Made by a program: the position numbers and the translations under genes
Notes under the pieces: generated by a model
What the model saw: the letters and a program-made list of their open reading frames with translations, nothing else
What the model was told of the DNA's origin: nothing
Databases searched by the model: none
Shown: one piece after another, positions 36,680 to 45,764 of the stretch
Position numbering within the stretch: the stretch's first letter is position 1
Layout: each line of letters begins with the position of its first letter
Assembly: GCA_043718025.1 (NCBI GenBank)
Contig: JAYSWN010000020.1
Location: 1-64,000, forward strand
Direction: 5' to 3'
Length of the DNA stretch: 64,000 bases
From: Pseudomonadota bacterium
GTDB lineage: Bacteria; Bdellovibrionota; FAC87; UBA2466

Positions 36680-38417
36680 CTGTCTCGAGACGGCGTACGA
36701 GTTCGAGCATTCGCGCGCCCGCCTGCCCATCGAGAACCGCAAGGCGGTTTGCATCTCGCTGTTGCGCCTCTTTCAACGAAGTCCAGTAGGCCGGTTCGTG
36801 CAGGAAGCGTTTAACCGCCGCAGCGTACTCCACCTTTGACCTCACCTCGACTACCCCTTTTAAGCCGACGAAATCGTCGTAGTAGTAATGAAAGGCATCA
36901 AAGTTGAGCACGGGAACAGAAGCCGAAATCGCGATTCGAATGGTGGCAGAAACCACGGCAATATAGAGGTCGGCGAGGGGAATCAGCGTTTCCACTGGCT
37001 CATCCACTATCCGCGCGCCCAGCGACTCGATCCATTCCACATCGTGGCGGCGGATTCGCGGGTGAAGGGAGATGAGCACAGCATCGCCCGGGTTCCGGGT
37101 CGCGGTGACGGTCTCGACCAAGAAACGAAGCAGGTCCGGGTATTGTTTGAACTCTCCGCGCCGCTCATTTCCTCTGGTCATTTGGTTTGGGGGCAGGCCG
37201 AACAAGATGAGTTTTCCGGTAACCGCAATCCCTAATTGTTCAGCTAGCCTTTCCCGCAGCTCTTTACGGCGTGGCAAAATCGCGTGCAGCTTATCGTCGG
37301 CCAAAGTCCCCGTGAGGCAGATCTTCTCCTTCTCGATTCCCGCCCGTTCGTAATAGTCGGCCATGTAGGGATTCTCGGCCGCAATCACGTCCGCGTTGCC
37401 ACTGTTGAGCAACCACGGGACCCGAGGCACCATGTTGAAGTACTCGCACGCCAGAACATGGAGGGGGGGCAAAATCAACGCGCGCCCGCGATGCTGCAAA
37501 ACCCAGCCGGGAAAAGCTTTGGAGATCAGCCGATTGACCCCACGATGCGCCTGGAACCGCCGGGATTTATAAAAGGCCTCCGCCCACTCCAGAGTATTAG
37601 CGATGGTGAACGGCACGATCATGACCGGAATCGAATGGGCGTGCGCCGCCCGCACCACGAAGTGGCTGCCGTAAAACAGGTTGGCTTCGGGCAAAATCAA
37701 AATCGAGGGTTTCTCTCGAGCTAGCAACTCATCGACAACTTCGTAGAACCGCCTTTGCGCCGTAATGCCCAGAAAGAGACCATCACTGCCAAGCCGTCTT
37801 AAGGCGCCGCGAAATCCGGTAACGTTCGATGGCAATGCATTATTCCAGGCCGCCGAAAACCGGTCGAGCCAAACGCGCTGAAGAAAGGATCGGGCCTGTG
37901 AGCCAGCGTCGTCCGAAATTGGTTTAGCCGGGGAGAATAGCTGCCGCAAAATGCCGAAGGTCAGGGCGAAATGAAGGGGAATAGCCGCAATTCTCCCTTT
38001 GACGCCGAGTTGAACACGTTTGCCAAAGGCCTGGAATTCCCGCTTGAAAACGGTGCGCTTCTCCCGAAATTCGGCCAACGCTTCTGGCGACGGCAGAAAA
38101 GAAAATTGCTGCCGTAGCTTCAGATAATAGCCCCGGCTCGGCATCCAAATTGGAGCCGCCGGAAGCCGCCGAAAGGTTTCCCGGTGCTGGGCTTTGGGCC
38201 AAAAGGTGACCCCGTTCCAGATCCAAGCTTCGTAGGGTAACTCTTTCGCTTCCAAATAGTGGGCATCGAAAACCCCCGAGGGGTGAAATATTAGAACCGG
38301 ATCATACTCCCCGGACTGCTCCAGAAGCGCCGCCTGGTCGAGCAGCAGACGCAGGTGGGTAGGAATCGTAACCAGTAAAAAGGCTTTCTTTCGCGTGGCG
38401 ATTCCTGACCCTTGCAT
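36669..38417 (-). CDS. Uncharacterised GT-B-like protein, paralogue 3
   Basis: PFTIAN, PWLLNSG, TGTLADD, PPNQ, SLHPR, DLYIAVVSATIRIAI, LDG. Confidence 0.65.
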   Translation of the reverse strand: MQGSGIATRKKAFLLVTIPTHLRLLLDQAALLEQSGEYDPVLIFHPSGVFDAHYLEAKELPYEAWIWNGVTFWPKAQHRETFRRLPAAPIWMPSRGYYLKLRQQFSFLPSPEALAEFREKRTVFKREFQAFGKRVQLGVKGRIAAIPLHFALTFGILRQLFSPAKPISDDAGSQARSFLQRVWLDRFSAAWNNALPSNVTGFRGALRRLGSDGLFLGITAQRRFYEVVDELLAREKPSILILPEANLFYGSHFVVRAAHAHSIPVMIVPFTIANTLEWAEAFYKSRRFQAHRGVNRLISKAFPGWVLQHRGRALILPPLHVLACEYFNMVPRVPWLLNSGNADVIAAENPYMADYYERAGIEKEKICLTGTLADDKLHAILPRRKELRERLAEQLGIAVTGKLILFGLPPNQMTRGNERRGEFKQYPDLLRFLVETVTATRNPGDAVLISLHPRIRRHDVEWIESLGARIVDEPVETLIPLADLYIAVVSATIRIAISASVPVLNFDAFHYYYDDFVGLKGVVEVRSKVEYAAAVKRFLHEPAYWTSLKEAQQRDANRLAVLDGQAGARMLELVRRLETART

Positions 38418-38436
38418 AAATTCTCTTAGAAACCGT

Positions 38437-38982
38437 TTAAGCCGGTCCCGCCGTCGGGAGCTCGACCTTTCTCATTTCCACGTGCATTCCGTCGATCACG
38501 TTGGTTAAGAAATAGGAAAGCTTCAGCATCAGCCATTCGGAGCGGAAGATTTTACGGGCGTAGGTGTCGTAAGTGTATTTGAAGCTCGTGATTTCGAATC
38601 GCGCCCCGGTGTAATATGGCCGCCATTCACCGGTGAAAAACTTGAAGGAGATCTCGGTAAAAAATTTAACGTGGGTGGGATCGCTAAAGGCGTAGCGGTG
38701 ATTCCACGGAACCACCCTAATGTAAACCGTACCGCCTGGCTTGAGCAGACGGTGTATCTCTTCCATGATCTTGATCGTGTTATCAAGATGTTCGATCACG
38801 TCCAGAATTTTGATCTCGTCGAAGGTTCCCGACTCCAAGGGCCAGGGAAGCTGATTGAGATCGTGGACCACATCCACTCCGGGCAGAGGATGAAAATCGA
38901 TGCCCACGGCGCCCGGCGTCTTGCTCGTGCCGCAGCCAACGTCGAGAACCTTCAACCCCCCTTTTAACGGCACCGTGCGCAT
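38437..38982 (-). CDS. Class I SAM-dependent methyltransferase
   Basis: LDVGCG, DVVHDL, DVIEHL, RLLKPGG, DPTH; ATG 38982 follows the wzt stop. Confidence 0.85.
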   Translation of the reverse strand: MRTVPLKGGLKVLDVGCGTSKTPGAVGIDFHPLPGVDVVHDLNQLPWPLESGTFDEIKILDVIEHLDNTIKIMEEIHRLLKPGGTVYIRVVPWNHRYAFSDPTHVKFFTEISFKFFTGEWRPYYTGARFEITSFKYTYDTYARKIFRSEWLMLKLSYFLTNVIDGMHVEMRKVELPTAGPA

Positions 38983-38984
38983 GC

Positions 38985-40289
38985 CTAGTTCATTTCCTCG
39001 CAGCTCCACTGGCTGTCCAAATTCACCAAGGAATTATAGGAGGGGCGCTTGCCTTCCATTACAAAACTATCTATTTCCCGCGACTGCACATGAAACTCGG
39101 CCATCTTTTCGCTATCGAGGTGATGATAGAGCTCCAAAGATTCCGCGTCCCGAATCATAGCATTTAGCCGGTAGACCCCGGGAATTAGATTCGGCTTCGC
39201 AAAAGTAGCGCTAATACGGTAGCGCCGCCCGGCCTTCAAGCTCGGAATCCGAATGGTTTTATTGGAGATATTCGAGTCGTAGACCACGTTCCATGGATAG
39301 ATGCCGGGATGCGACAACCCGAGTCCCACTTGAGGTTTCTTGATGTCGGTATTGGCTTCGAACTCAAAGTAGATTTGGAGATCGTCACCTTCCATAACCT
39401 TCTTTACCGTGTCGCTAGTGCTGTTTTCGAGACCGGCGCCAATAAACGTGACCGATTCGGTCTTAATTCCGCGTTGCATGTCATCGTCGTACATTCTTTT
39501 GAATTCGCGCTGTTCGGCGGCGTGCTCTACGTCCCTACTGAGGGAGCGATAAACCGAAACAACTTCTAGCGGGCTACCCTGGGTATAAATCGCCGCTTCC
39601 CGCAGCAAAATGGCCCGATCGCAAATCGTCTCCATCATATCCATGTTGTGCCCGACGAAAATCACCCCGCGCGCGGCACGCCGTAATTCCGAAATCTTTC
39701 GCAGGCACTTATTTTGAAAGCTCATGTCACCGACCGAGAGCACTTCGTCGATGAGCAAAATGTCGGGCACACAGTGGATGGCAATGGCAAAGGCCAGCCG
39801 GGCATACATGCCAGACGAATAGGTAGCCACCGGCGCTTCTACAAAGTCGCCAATATCCGCAAAGTCGATAATCGCATCTAGCTGTTTTGCGATCTCGGAC
39901 TTCTTCATGCCCAAAATCGTACCGTTGAGGTGAATATTCTCTCTACCGGAGAGGTAAGGATGAAACCCCACTCCCAGCGAGATGAGCCCACCAACGTGTC
40001 CGCGTAACTCCACGCGGCCCGAATCGGGCGGAAGAATTCCGTTTAACACTCTTAGTAGGGTGGATTTTCCGGCGCCATTCGCCCCGATGATTCCGAGAAT
40101 CTCCCCTTTTTCCAAAGTAAAGCTTATGTCCTTGAGCGCCCAGAACTCATCGGGCCGGAGAGAGTCCGAGCTGCGGTTCAGCCCGAATATCGCTCTGCCA
40201 GCGTCGCCCACTCCGTAGGCCATGCTCCGCTTCAAGTTCTTACAGAACTTCTTGTAGACGTGTTCAACTTTTATAAGAGGGTCTGGCAT
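38985..40289 (-). CDS. wzt: Polysaccharide ABC exporter ATP-binding subunit with C-terminal Wzt_C domain
   Basis: FWALKDISF, GANGAGKS, YSSGM.ARLAF, LIDEVLSVGD; about 170-aa C-terminal extension. Confidence 0.92.
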   Translation of the reverse strand: MPDPLIKVEHVYKKFCKNLKRSMAYGVGDAGRAIFGLNRSSDSLRPDEFWALKDISFTLEKGEILGIIGANGAGKSTLLRVLNGILPPDSGRVELRGHVGGLISLGVGFHPYLSGRENIHLNGTILGMKKSEIAKQLDAIIDFADIGDFVEAPVATYSSGMYARLAFAIAIHCVPDILLIDEVLSVGDMSFQNKCLRKISELRRAARGVIFVGHNMDMMETICDRAILLREAAIYTQGSPLEVVSVYRSLSRDVEHAAEQREFKRMYDDDMQRGIKTESVTFIGAGLENSTSDTVKKVMEGDDLQIYFEFEANTDIKKPQVGLGLSHPGIYPWNVVYDSNISNKTIRIPSLKAGRRYRISATFAKPNLIPGVYRLNAMIRDAESLELYHHLDSEKMAEFHVQSREIDSFVMEGKRPSYNSLVNLDSQWSCEEMN

Positions 40290-40302
40290 TAGGTTGTCCG
40301 CC

Positions 40303-41160
40303 CTACAACATCTTCTCGATCACCTTGTCTTCGGTGACGTGAAAAATTCGCCAAGAAATCAGAAACACGGCCATAGAAAACAGAACGGCGTAGAGAAATT
40401 GCGGAAACGCCTCGATGTGACCCCTTACAATGAGATCCCGCGGCGCACTGATCAAATAGGTCAGCGGATTCCACTTAAGGATTGCCTGCAGGTAAGGATT
40501 CTCGAACTTGGGCGAATAGATGACCGGAGTGATCCAGATTAGAAGATTCATGCCTATGTCGGCGATTCGCGTCAGCTCGGGAGCCACCACGGTAAAGATG
40601 GAGGTCACAAGCCCTATTCCCGCGCCCAAAAAAAGCAGAGGAAGCGCAACCGCCGGAAGGAAGATCACTTTCCAACTAGGGATCACCCCCATGCAGGCCA
40701 GTACCACCAGATTAACGGCGATGGCGATGAGCGAATTGGCGATATGCTGGGCCAACTGCTTCACGAGCAGCACTTCGTGTGGGTACTTTACTTGATTGAT
40801 GATTCCCGCACCCGCCGCCAAGGTCCCCTGACCCGCAGTATAGAAGCCCATAAAGAGCGTCCAAAGCGTCGTACTTAGCAGTACGAACGCTGGATACGGC
40901 ATACCAACATCGCCAGGGTTCAAGATGCCGGCCGCGTTAATGAAAATCCAGGAGAGGGCCGCCATTACCGGCGAAACGAAAAGCCAGGTCATTCCCAAAA
41001 AAGATTTCCGGTAGGTCGCAAAAAAATCCCGTTTGAAGAGAACGATGATCATTTCTCGGTAGGCAATAATATTCTTGAAGATAACCGTCGTGGAGACGAG
41101 AAAACCGAGCTTTTCGCGCGAGTTCGGTTCGTAAATGGTAAGGGGTCTGCTATTGGCCAT
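40303..41160 (-). CDS. wzm: Polysaccharide ABC exporter permease
   Basis: RDF...Y..SFLG..W, YP, TPVIY, NPL; six TMs. Confidence 0.92.
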   Translation of the reverse strand: MANSRPLTIYEPNSREKLGFLVSTTVIFKNIIAYREMIIVLFKRDFFATYRKSFLGMTWLFVSPVMAALSWIFINAAGILNPGDVGMPYPAFVLLSTTLWTLFMGFYTAGQGTLAAGAGIINQVKYPHEVLLVKQLAQHIANSLIAIAVNLVVLACMGVIPSWKVIFLPAVALPLLFLGAGIGLVTSIFTVVAPELTRIADIGMNLLIWITPVIYSPKFENPYLQAILKWNPLTYLISAPRDLIVRGHIEAFPQFLYAVLFSMAVFLISWRIFHVTEDKVIEKML

Positions 41161-41196
41161 GGAGACCGTTATCTAAATCACTCGGGGGCATTAGTG

Positions 41197-42381
41197 TCAA
41201 TCGCGTTGCGGGGGCAGACCCGGCGATCCGGGGCCCGCAGAGAGAGCTCTAACTACTTTGATTTGATTGAGATAAAGCTCGTTGCTTTCGTTCATCCACC
41301 GTCGCGAACGGTCGGGAAAGTAAGCATCGATCAACGGCGCATCTAAGGCGTGCAAGACGTTAATCCCGTGCAGTAACGGTAAAGAGACGGATGAGTAGGA
41401 AAACGAAATAACCTTGGTATCTTTCACCAAAAATGGCATCGCTTCGATGGGAATTTCGTCGCTGTTTACGATCGTAACGGGATGCTTTTGCGATAGGGCT
41501 TCGGCAATTCGCGAAATCTTTGCCTCCCCGGAAACGGGATGGGCCTTAAGTGAAATAGTGCTAGTCAGGGGCAACCGACTTGCCACCTCGGTGTACATCG
41601 CCCGTTCTTGTTCCTCGGAGGTCAGCCCCGATTCGGAATAGGAGCCCAGAATCATCACTACGCGGTCCCCCGCAAGCTCAGCGGGCAGCCGCCCCTTTTC
41701 GGTCAGGTGACGGTGGGTCGACCGCGCCATGCGGTCCACAATATCGCCCAGAACCCCGGCATTCACGGGGACCAAAGTTTTGCCCAGCATAAAATCTTTT
41801 CCCGGATCGCAGAGCAAGATGGGCACCACGTACTCGGCGTCGAGAACCGGGCGCACGCTCGGTAGGGTCCACGCCCGTTTAAGCCGGTACAATAAATTTT
41901 GCAACCGACCGGACCGCAGGGGGAACGTCATGCGCGTAAAGTAGGCATTGCTCTGCACCACCCCCAAGGCATCTCCAAAACAAACTCGCGCAGCCCCGGG
42001 AAATGCCTGCATCGCCGCCTGGGCGATAAAATCGGCACTGACGTCGTGCGCGTAGTAGACCGCGGAGAAGTTCTCGTCGGCAAATTTTTTGCGTAGGTAA
42101 CGCGCTTTGCTTAAAACCCGCGTGTTCTGCGACAGGCGTTGTTTAATTTCATCGCGCGAAGGAAAAACCATTCGCACCCACGGAAAGGGTTCGAGCAGTA
42201 ATTTAAATGAATCTAAGCGGCGATCGCAAACCGCGGGCGGGGTCGAGGGTGGAGTCCAAACCAAAACGGTCAGCGGAAGTGTCGCCCCTTCTCCACGCGA
42301 AACTCTAAAGCTCATCACCGCGGCAAGACCGGGCAGGAGCTGCTGCGGGTAATAAACGCACAGGAGTGAAGCTTGGCTCAA
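41197..42381 (-). CDS. Putative sialyltransferase-like (nonulosonate) glycosyltransferase
   Basis: GDALG, LKAHP, PIE and SYSS motifs resemble bacterial GT-B sialyltransferases; lies between the Leg genes and wzm; TTG start. Confidence 0.55.
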   Translation of the reverse strand: MSQASLLCVYYPQQLLPGLAAVMSFRVSRGEGATLPLTVLVWTPPSTPPAVCDRRLDSFKLLLEPFPWVRMVFPSRDEIKQRLSQNTRVLSKARYLRKKFADENFSAVYYAHDVSADFIAQAAMQAFPGAARVCFGDALGVVQSNAYFTRMTFPLRSGRLQNLLYRLKRAWTLPSVRPVLDAEYVVPILLCDPGKDFMLGKTLVPVNAGVLGDIVDRMARSTHRHLTEKGRLPAELAGDRVVMILGSYSESGLTSEEQERAMYTEVASRLPLTSTISLKAHPVSGEAKISRIAEALSQKHPVTIVNSDEIPIEAMPFLVKDTKVISFSYSSVSLPLLHGINVLHALDAPLIDAYFPDRSRRWMNESNELYLNQIKVVRALSAGPGSPGLPPQRD

Positions 42382-42384
42382 AAC

Positions 42385-43344
42385 TTACTTTCTATCGCCG
42401 CGGATTCGCAGGTACCACTCGAGCATCTCGACTTGGTTGGCGATGGTAGGAAGCCTAACGTCGGTCCGTCCGGCCATAAACGCTTCGACCTGCTTAAAGA
42501 GGCCCGGCTTGTACTGGGTATCCAGAGCATCGTCGATTTCCGCGCCTTCGATGGCCACGCTACCAATTTTCTGAATCTGAAGTTTCTCCATCGGACGGAA
42601 AATGAGGCGGTGCTTACGCGTCAGCATTTCCACCGACCAACGGCCGGGGGCTTCCCAATTCGCCTGGTAAGAAAAAAGCGCACCGTTGGTGGCAATTCCG
42701 GCCCCCGCAAAAACCGACGCCGTGGGGTGCCAGGCGACTCCGCCCGACGTGAATGCCGACAGTTCTTTAGGCCTACCGCCCAGGTGAAAGGCCAGGTCCA
42801 TCACGTGGGTAGAGTTAGCGAGCAGCCACTCTTCCTTTACGCCCGCTTCTTTCTCGATGCCGGAAACTACGTGCCCCCATTCCGTAAACTCGAAATTAAA
42901 GGAGGTGACGCCGCCATCCTGCTCAATGATTTTTTTGGCGGCTTCGACCGAAGCGTAGAAACGCCGGTTGTAGCCCACGTTCACCGTCGATTTTCCTTCG
43001 GCCGCTTTTTTGGCGACGGCGCGAATGTCCGTCGCCGTGTGTCCACCCGGCTTCTCTAAAAGCAGATGCCGAACCCCGCGGCTCAGCAGCGCCAATGCCG
43101 TAGTGCCGATCCACTTTTCGCCCACGGCGACCACCGCATAGTCCGGCAAATGATTGGTGGTGTCCGCCAACCACGCATCAATTCCACCCGTCGCCGCCGC
43201 AAAACCGGTTTGCGCGGTGAATTTTTCGGCCGAGGTAGGGCCGCGGCCAACGGTAACCGGATTTAGATTTAGCGCCTTAAAGACTTTGGCGTACTCGACG
43301 GCCATTGGACCAGAGCCGACTAGCAGTACGGATGTTTGACTCAC
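42385..43344 (-). CDS. Gfo/Idh/MocA-family oxidoreductase
   Basis: LVGSGPMA, LLEKPG, VGYNRRF, STHVMD. Confidence 0.88.
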   Translation of the reverse strand: MSQTSVLLVGSGPMAVEYAKVFKALNLNPVTVGRGPTSAEKFTAQTGFAAATGGIDAWLADTTNHLPDYAVVAVGEKWIGTTALALLSRGVRHLLLEKPGGHTATDIRAVAKKAAEGKSTVNVGYNRRFYASVEAAKKIIEQDGGVTSFNFEFTEWGHVVSGIEKEAGVKEEWLLANSTHVMDLAFHLGGRPKELSAFTSGGVAWHPTASVFAGAGIATNGALFSYQANWEAPGRWSVEMLTRKHRLIFRPMEKLQIQKIGSVAIEGAEIDDALDTQYKPGLFKQVEAFMAGRTDVRLPTIANQVEMLEWYLRIRGDRK

Positions 43345-43369
43345 GGCTTAACTCCTGTGGGCATCGGCC

Positions 43370-44335
43370 TCACGTAAAGGGGAACTGACTCATCTCGGGC
43401 GACTGCAATTTCAGCACGTTCAAAAGCGGATTTAAAAGCCTGAGGTGAATTCCCACCGAGCTAGAATACGGCGTCAAACCGCACTGGCCCGTCGCCAGTA
43501 ACCGCTGCACCACGCCGGTCGTAATTTCACTTTGGTAAGGAATGGGCGCTTCGCGCTCTTGCCACGCCCACTGCGATGACTCATCGGCATACCACAGCTT
43601 GCGCTCTGACTCTCTGACCAGGTAACGGCTTTCGGCGCCGAAAATCTCTACGATCACCGGGGCATTTCCCGTCGGGTAGCAGGTCACTTCGCAGCGGCTA
43701 CCGTTGGCAAAACGTGCGATCACCGTACCGTTTAGCTCCGCGAAGCCGGGGCGCTTGCTAGCGATCACCGTGCGGTCGAGTCCGCTAGTGTCTAATTCAA
43801 ACTCTTCGCAGTTGGTTAAGTGCGCCAGATGATCGATGTAATGAATGGCGTTAGTCACCATGCCGTATTGGCTGCCGGTAACCCGGTAAGAAACGGGGGA
43901 GGCCGACAGCTCACGCTTTATCTGCTCGTAGGTCGCCATTACCCGCATGGGGCAATTTACCCACGCCGCGACAGCGCCGTTTTTAATCGGCTGCTCCATC
44001 ACTGCGTAATCGGCGGCATCGTTAAAGAGCAGTTTTTCGAGCACGAGGTACTTATGTTCGCCAGTGGCGAATAAACTCTCCAACGCCTTTCGGCGCACGT
44101 TGGAGCTAGTGGCCACGATGGCAATTTCGGTGGCTGCGGTCGGCTCAAACTTGGTCGTAAACGTAACGTGGTGTTGGTGGGGAGAAGTAACCGCGTCGTA
44201 ACGTTCCTTAGCAACTTTAAGTGAGGCTTCGGAGGGATCGATGACGACGATTTCTAAAGGTTGTGCTATGGCCTTAAGGGCCTGCAAATGCCGGCTACCC
44301 AACTGACCGGCGCCAACAATTTTTATTCTGGCCAT
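43370..44335 (-). CDS. Gfo/Idh/MocA-family oxidoreductase
   Basis: IVGAGQLGSRH, IVAT, VLEK, WVN, NAIHYID. Confidence 0.85.
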   Translation of the reverse strand: MARIKIVGAGQLGSRHLQALKAIAQPLEIVVIDPSEASLKVAKERYDAVTSPHQHHVTFTTKFEPTAATEIAIVATSSNVRRKALESLFATGEHKYLVLEKLLFNDAADYAVMEQPIKNGAVAAWVNCPMRVMATYEQIKRELSASPVSYRVTGSQYGMVTNAIHYIDHLAHLTNCEEFELDTSGLDRTVIASKRPGFAELNGTVIARFANGSRCEVTCYPTGNAPVIVEIFGAESRYLVRESERKLWYADESSQWAWQEREAPIPYQSEITTGVVQRLLATGQCGLTPYSSSVGIHLRLLNPLLNVLKLQSPEMSQFPFT

Positions 44336-44980
44336 TTAGATCTCCAAAAAACCTTTGATAATTCTTAAGCCCGTGGCCCCGCTTTTTTCCGGATGGAACT
44401 GACAGCCGTAAATTTTGCCTTTGGCCACCGCCGCCGAAATGCGGCTGCTTCCGTAATTAGCATCTGACAGCCGGTGCTTTTCGCTAGCCGGCACCGCCGT
44501 AAAGGAGTGTACGAAATAACAGTGCTCTAACTCCGCCACGTGCCGCAATACCGAATCTTTCCACTCGGGCGCTTCACTCGACCGAACCAGTTCGTTCCAG
44601 CCGATATGCGGCACTTTCAAGGGAGCGCCCTCGGGGCCCTTTGGCTCAATGGGCAAAATTTTGCCTTCGATGAGGCCAAGCCCTTCGTAATTGCCGAATT
44701 CGGAGCTCTCCGAAAAAAGCATCTGCATGCCTAAGCAAATGCCCAACAACGGGCGGTCACTGGCCGCGTAAGTTTTGATGGGCCCAATTAAACCGCGGTC
44801 GCGTAGTCCACTCATGCCATTAGAAAAAGCGCCCACGCCCGGCAGCACCAATCGTGTAGCCGCTAAAATGTCAGCGGGTTTATCGGTGACCAGAGTTTCG
44901 GCCCCGCAGTGCTGAAACGCGCGCGCGACGCTAAAGATATTTCCGATTCCGTAGTCGACGATGGTGATGAGATTAGACAT
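44336..44980 (-). CDS. hisH: Glutamine amidotransferase subunit (glycan-locus HisH paralogue)
   Basis: DYGIGN, LPGVGAF, GICLGMQ, YFVHS, QFHPEKS. Confidence 0.9.
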   Translation of the reverse strand: MSNLITIVDYGIGNIFSVARAFQHCGAETLVTDKPADILAATRLVLPGVGAFSNGMSGLRDRGLIGPIKTYAASDRPLLGICLGMQMLFSESSEFGNYEGLGLIEGKILPIEPKGPEGAPLKVPHIGWNELVRSSEAPEWKDSVLRHVAELEHCYFVHSFTAVPASEKHRLSDANYGSSRISAAVAKGKIYGCQFHPEKSGATGLRIIKGFLEI

Positions 44981-44984
44981 AGCG

Positions 44985-45761
44985 TTAAGTTTCCGCCTGC
45001 ATCACGGGCCTTACGGGAATGCCGTTTTGTAAAACTTGCTTTTTAATTTCGCCGAGCTCGAGGCGGCGGTAGTGAAGAACGTCGGCGATACAAACCGCAT
45101 CGGCGTGCCCCTGCTTACATACGTCCAAAAGGTGCTGCATCGAACCCATTCCTCCGCTGGCGATGACCGGAATGGAGACTACGCTAGAAATTGCTTTCAC
45201 CAGCTCCACATCAAAGCCTTTGCGGGTCCCTTCTTGATCCACCGACGTCAGCAGGATCTCCCCCGCTCCCAGCGCCACCACTCGCTTGGCCCACTCGATG
45301 GCATCGAACCCAGAATGCTCGCGTCCGTTGTCGGTAAACACTTCCCACTGACGAGGCCCCATGCGCTTCACCTCGATGGAAGAAACCATGCATTGCGAAC
45401 CGAAGGTGCGTGACACCTCGGTAATCAGTTCGGGACGCTTTACCGCGGCCGTATTGATGGCCACTTTATCCGCTCCGGCCCGCAGTAGCTCGCGCACATC
45501 ATCGACCGATCGCACGCCGCCGCCGACGGTAAGGGGAATAAAAACGTCGCGGGCCGTTCGGCTCACAATGTCGTGCAGGCTATTGCGCCCGTAAAGGCTC
45601 GCCACAATGTCCATGTAAATTAATTCGTCGGCGCCCTGCTCGTAGTACTGCCGCGCAAAAACCTGAGGATCGCCTACCACCCTCAACCCCTCGAGTTGAA
45701 TTCCCTTGATGAGGTTAGGCCCCTTAATGTCGAGCCGGGGGATGATTCGTATCCGTTGCAT
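44985..45761 (-). CDS. hisF: HisF-like cyclase subunit (glycan-locus paralogue)
   Basis: IIPRLD, GADEL, PLTVGGG, GADKV, GAGEILLTS, IASGG. Confidence 0.9.
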   Translation of the reverse strand: MQRIRIIPRLDIKGPNLIKGIQLEGLRVVGDPQVFARQYYEQGADELIYMDIVASLYGRNSLHDIVSRTARDVFIPLTVGGGVRSVDDVRELLRAGADKVAINTAAVKRPELITEVSRTFGSQCMVSSIEVKRMGPRQWEVFTDNGREHSGFDAIEWAKRVVALGAGEILLTSVDQEGTRKGFDVELVKAISSVVSIPVIASGGMGSMQHLLDVCKQGHADAVCIADVLHYRRLELGEIKKQVLQNGIPVRPVMQAET

Positions 45762-45764
45762 GCC

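Noticed and set aside
44336..45761. Histidine biosynthesis operon
   Set aside because: hisH/hisF sit next to an N-acetyl sugar amidotransferase with no other his genes, the known ammonia-supply arrangement in glycan loci.
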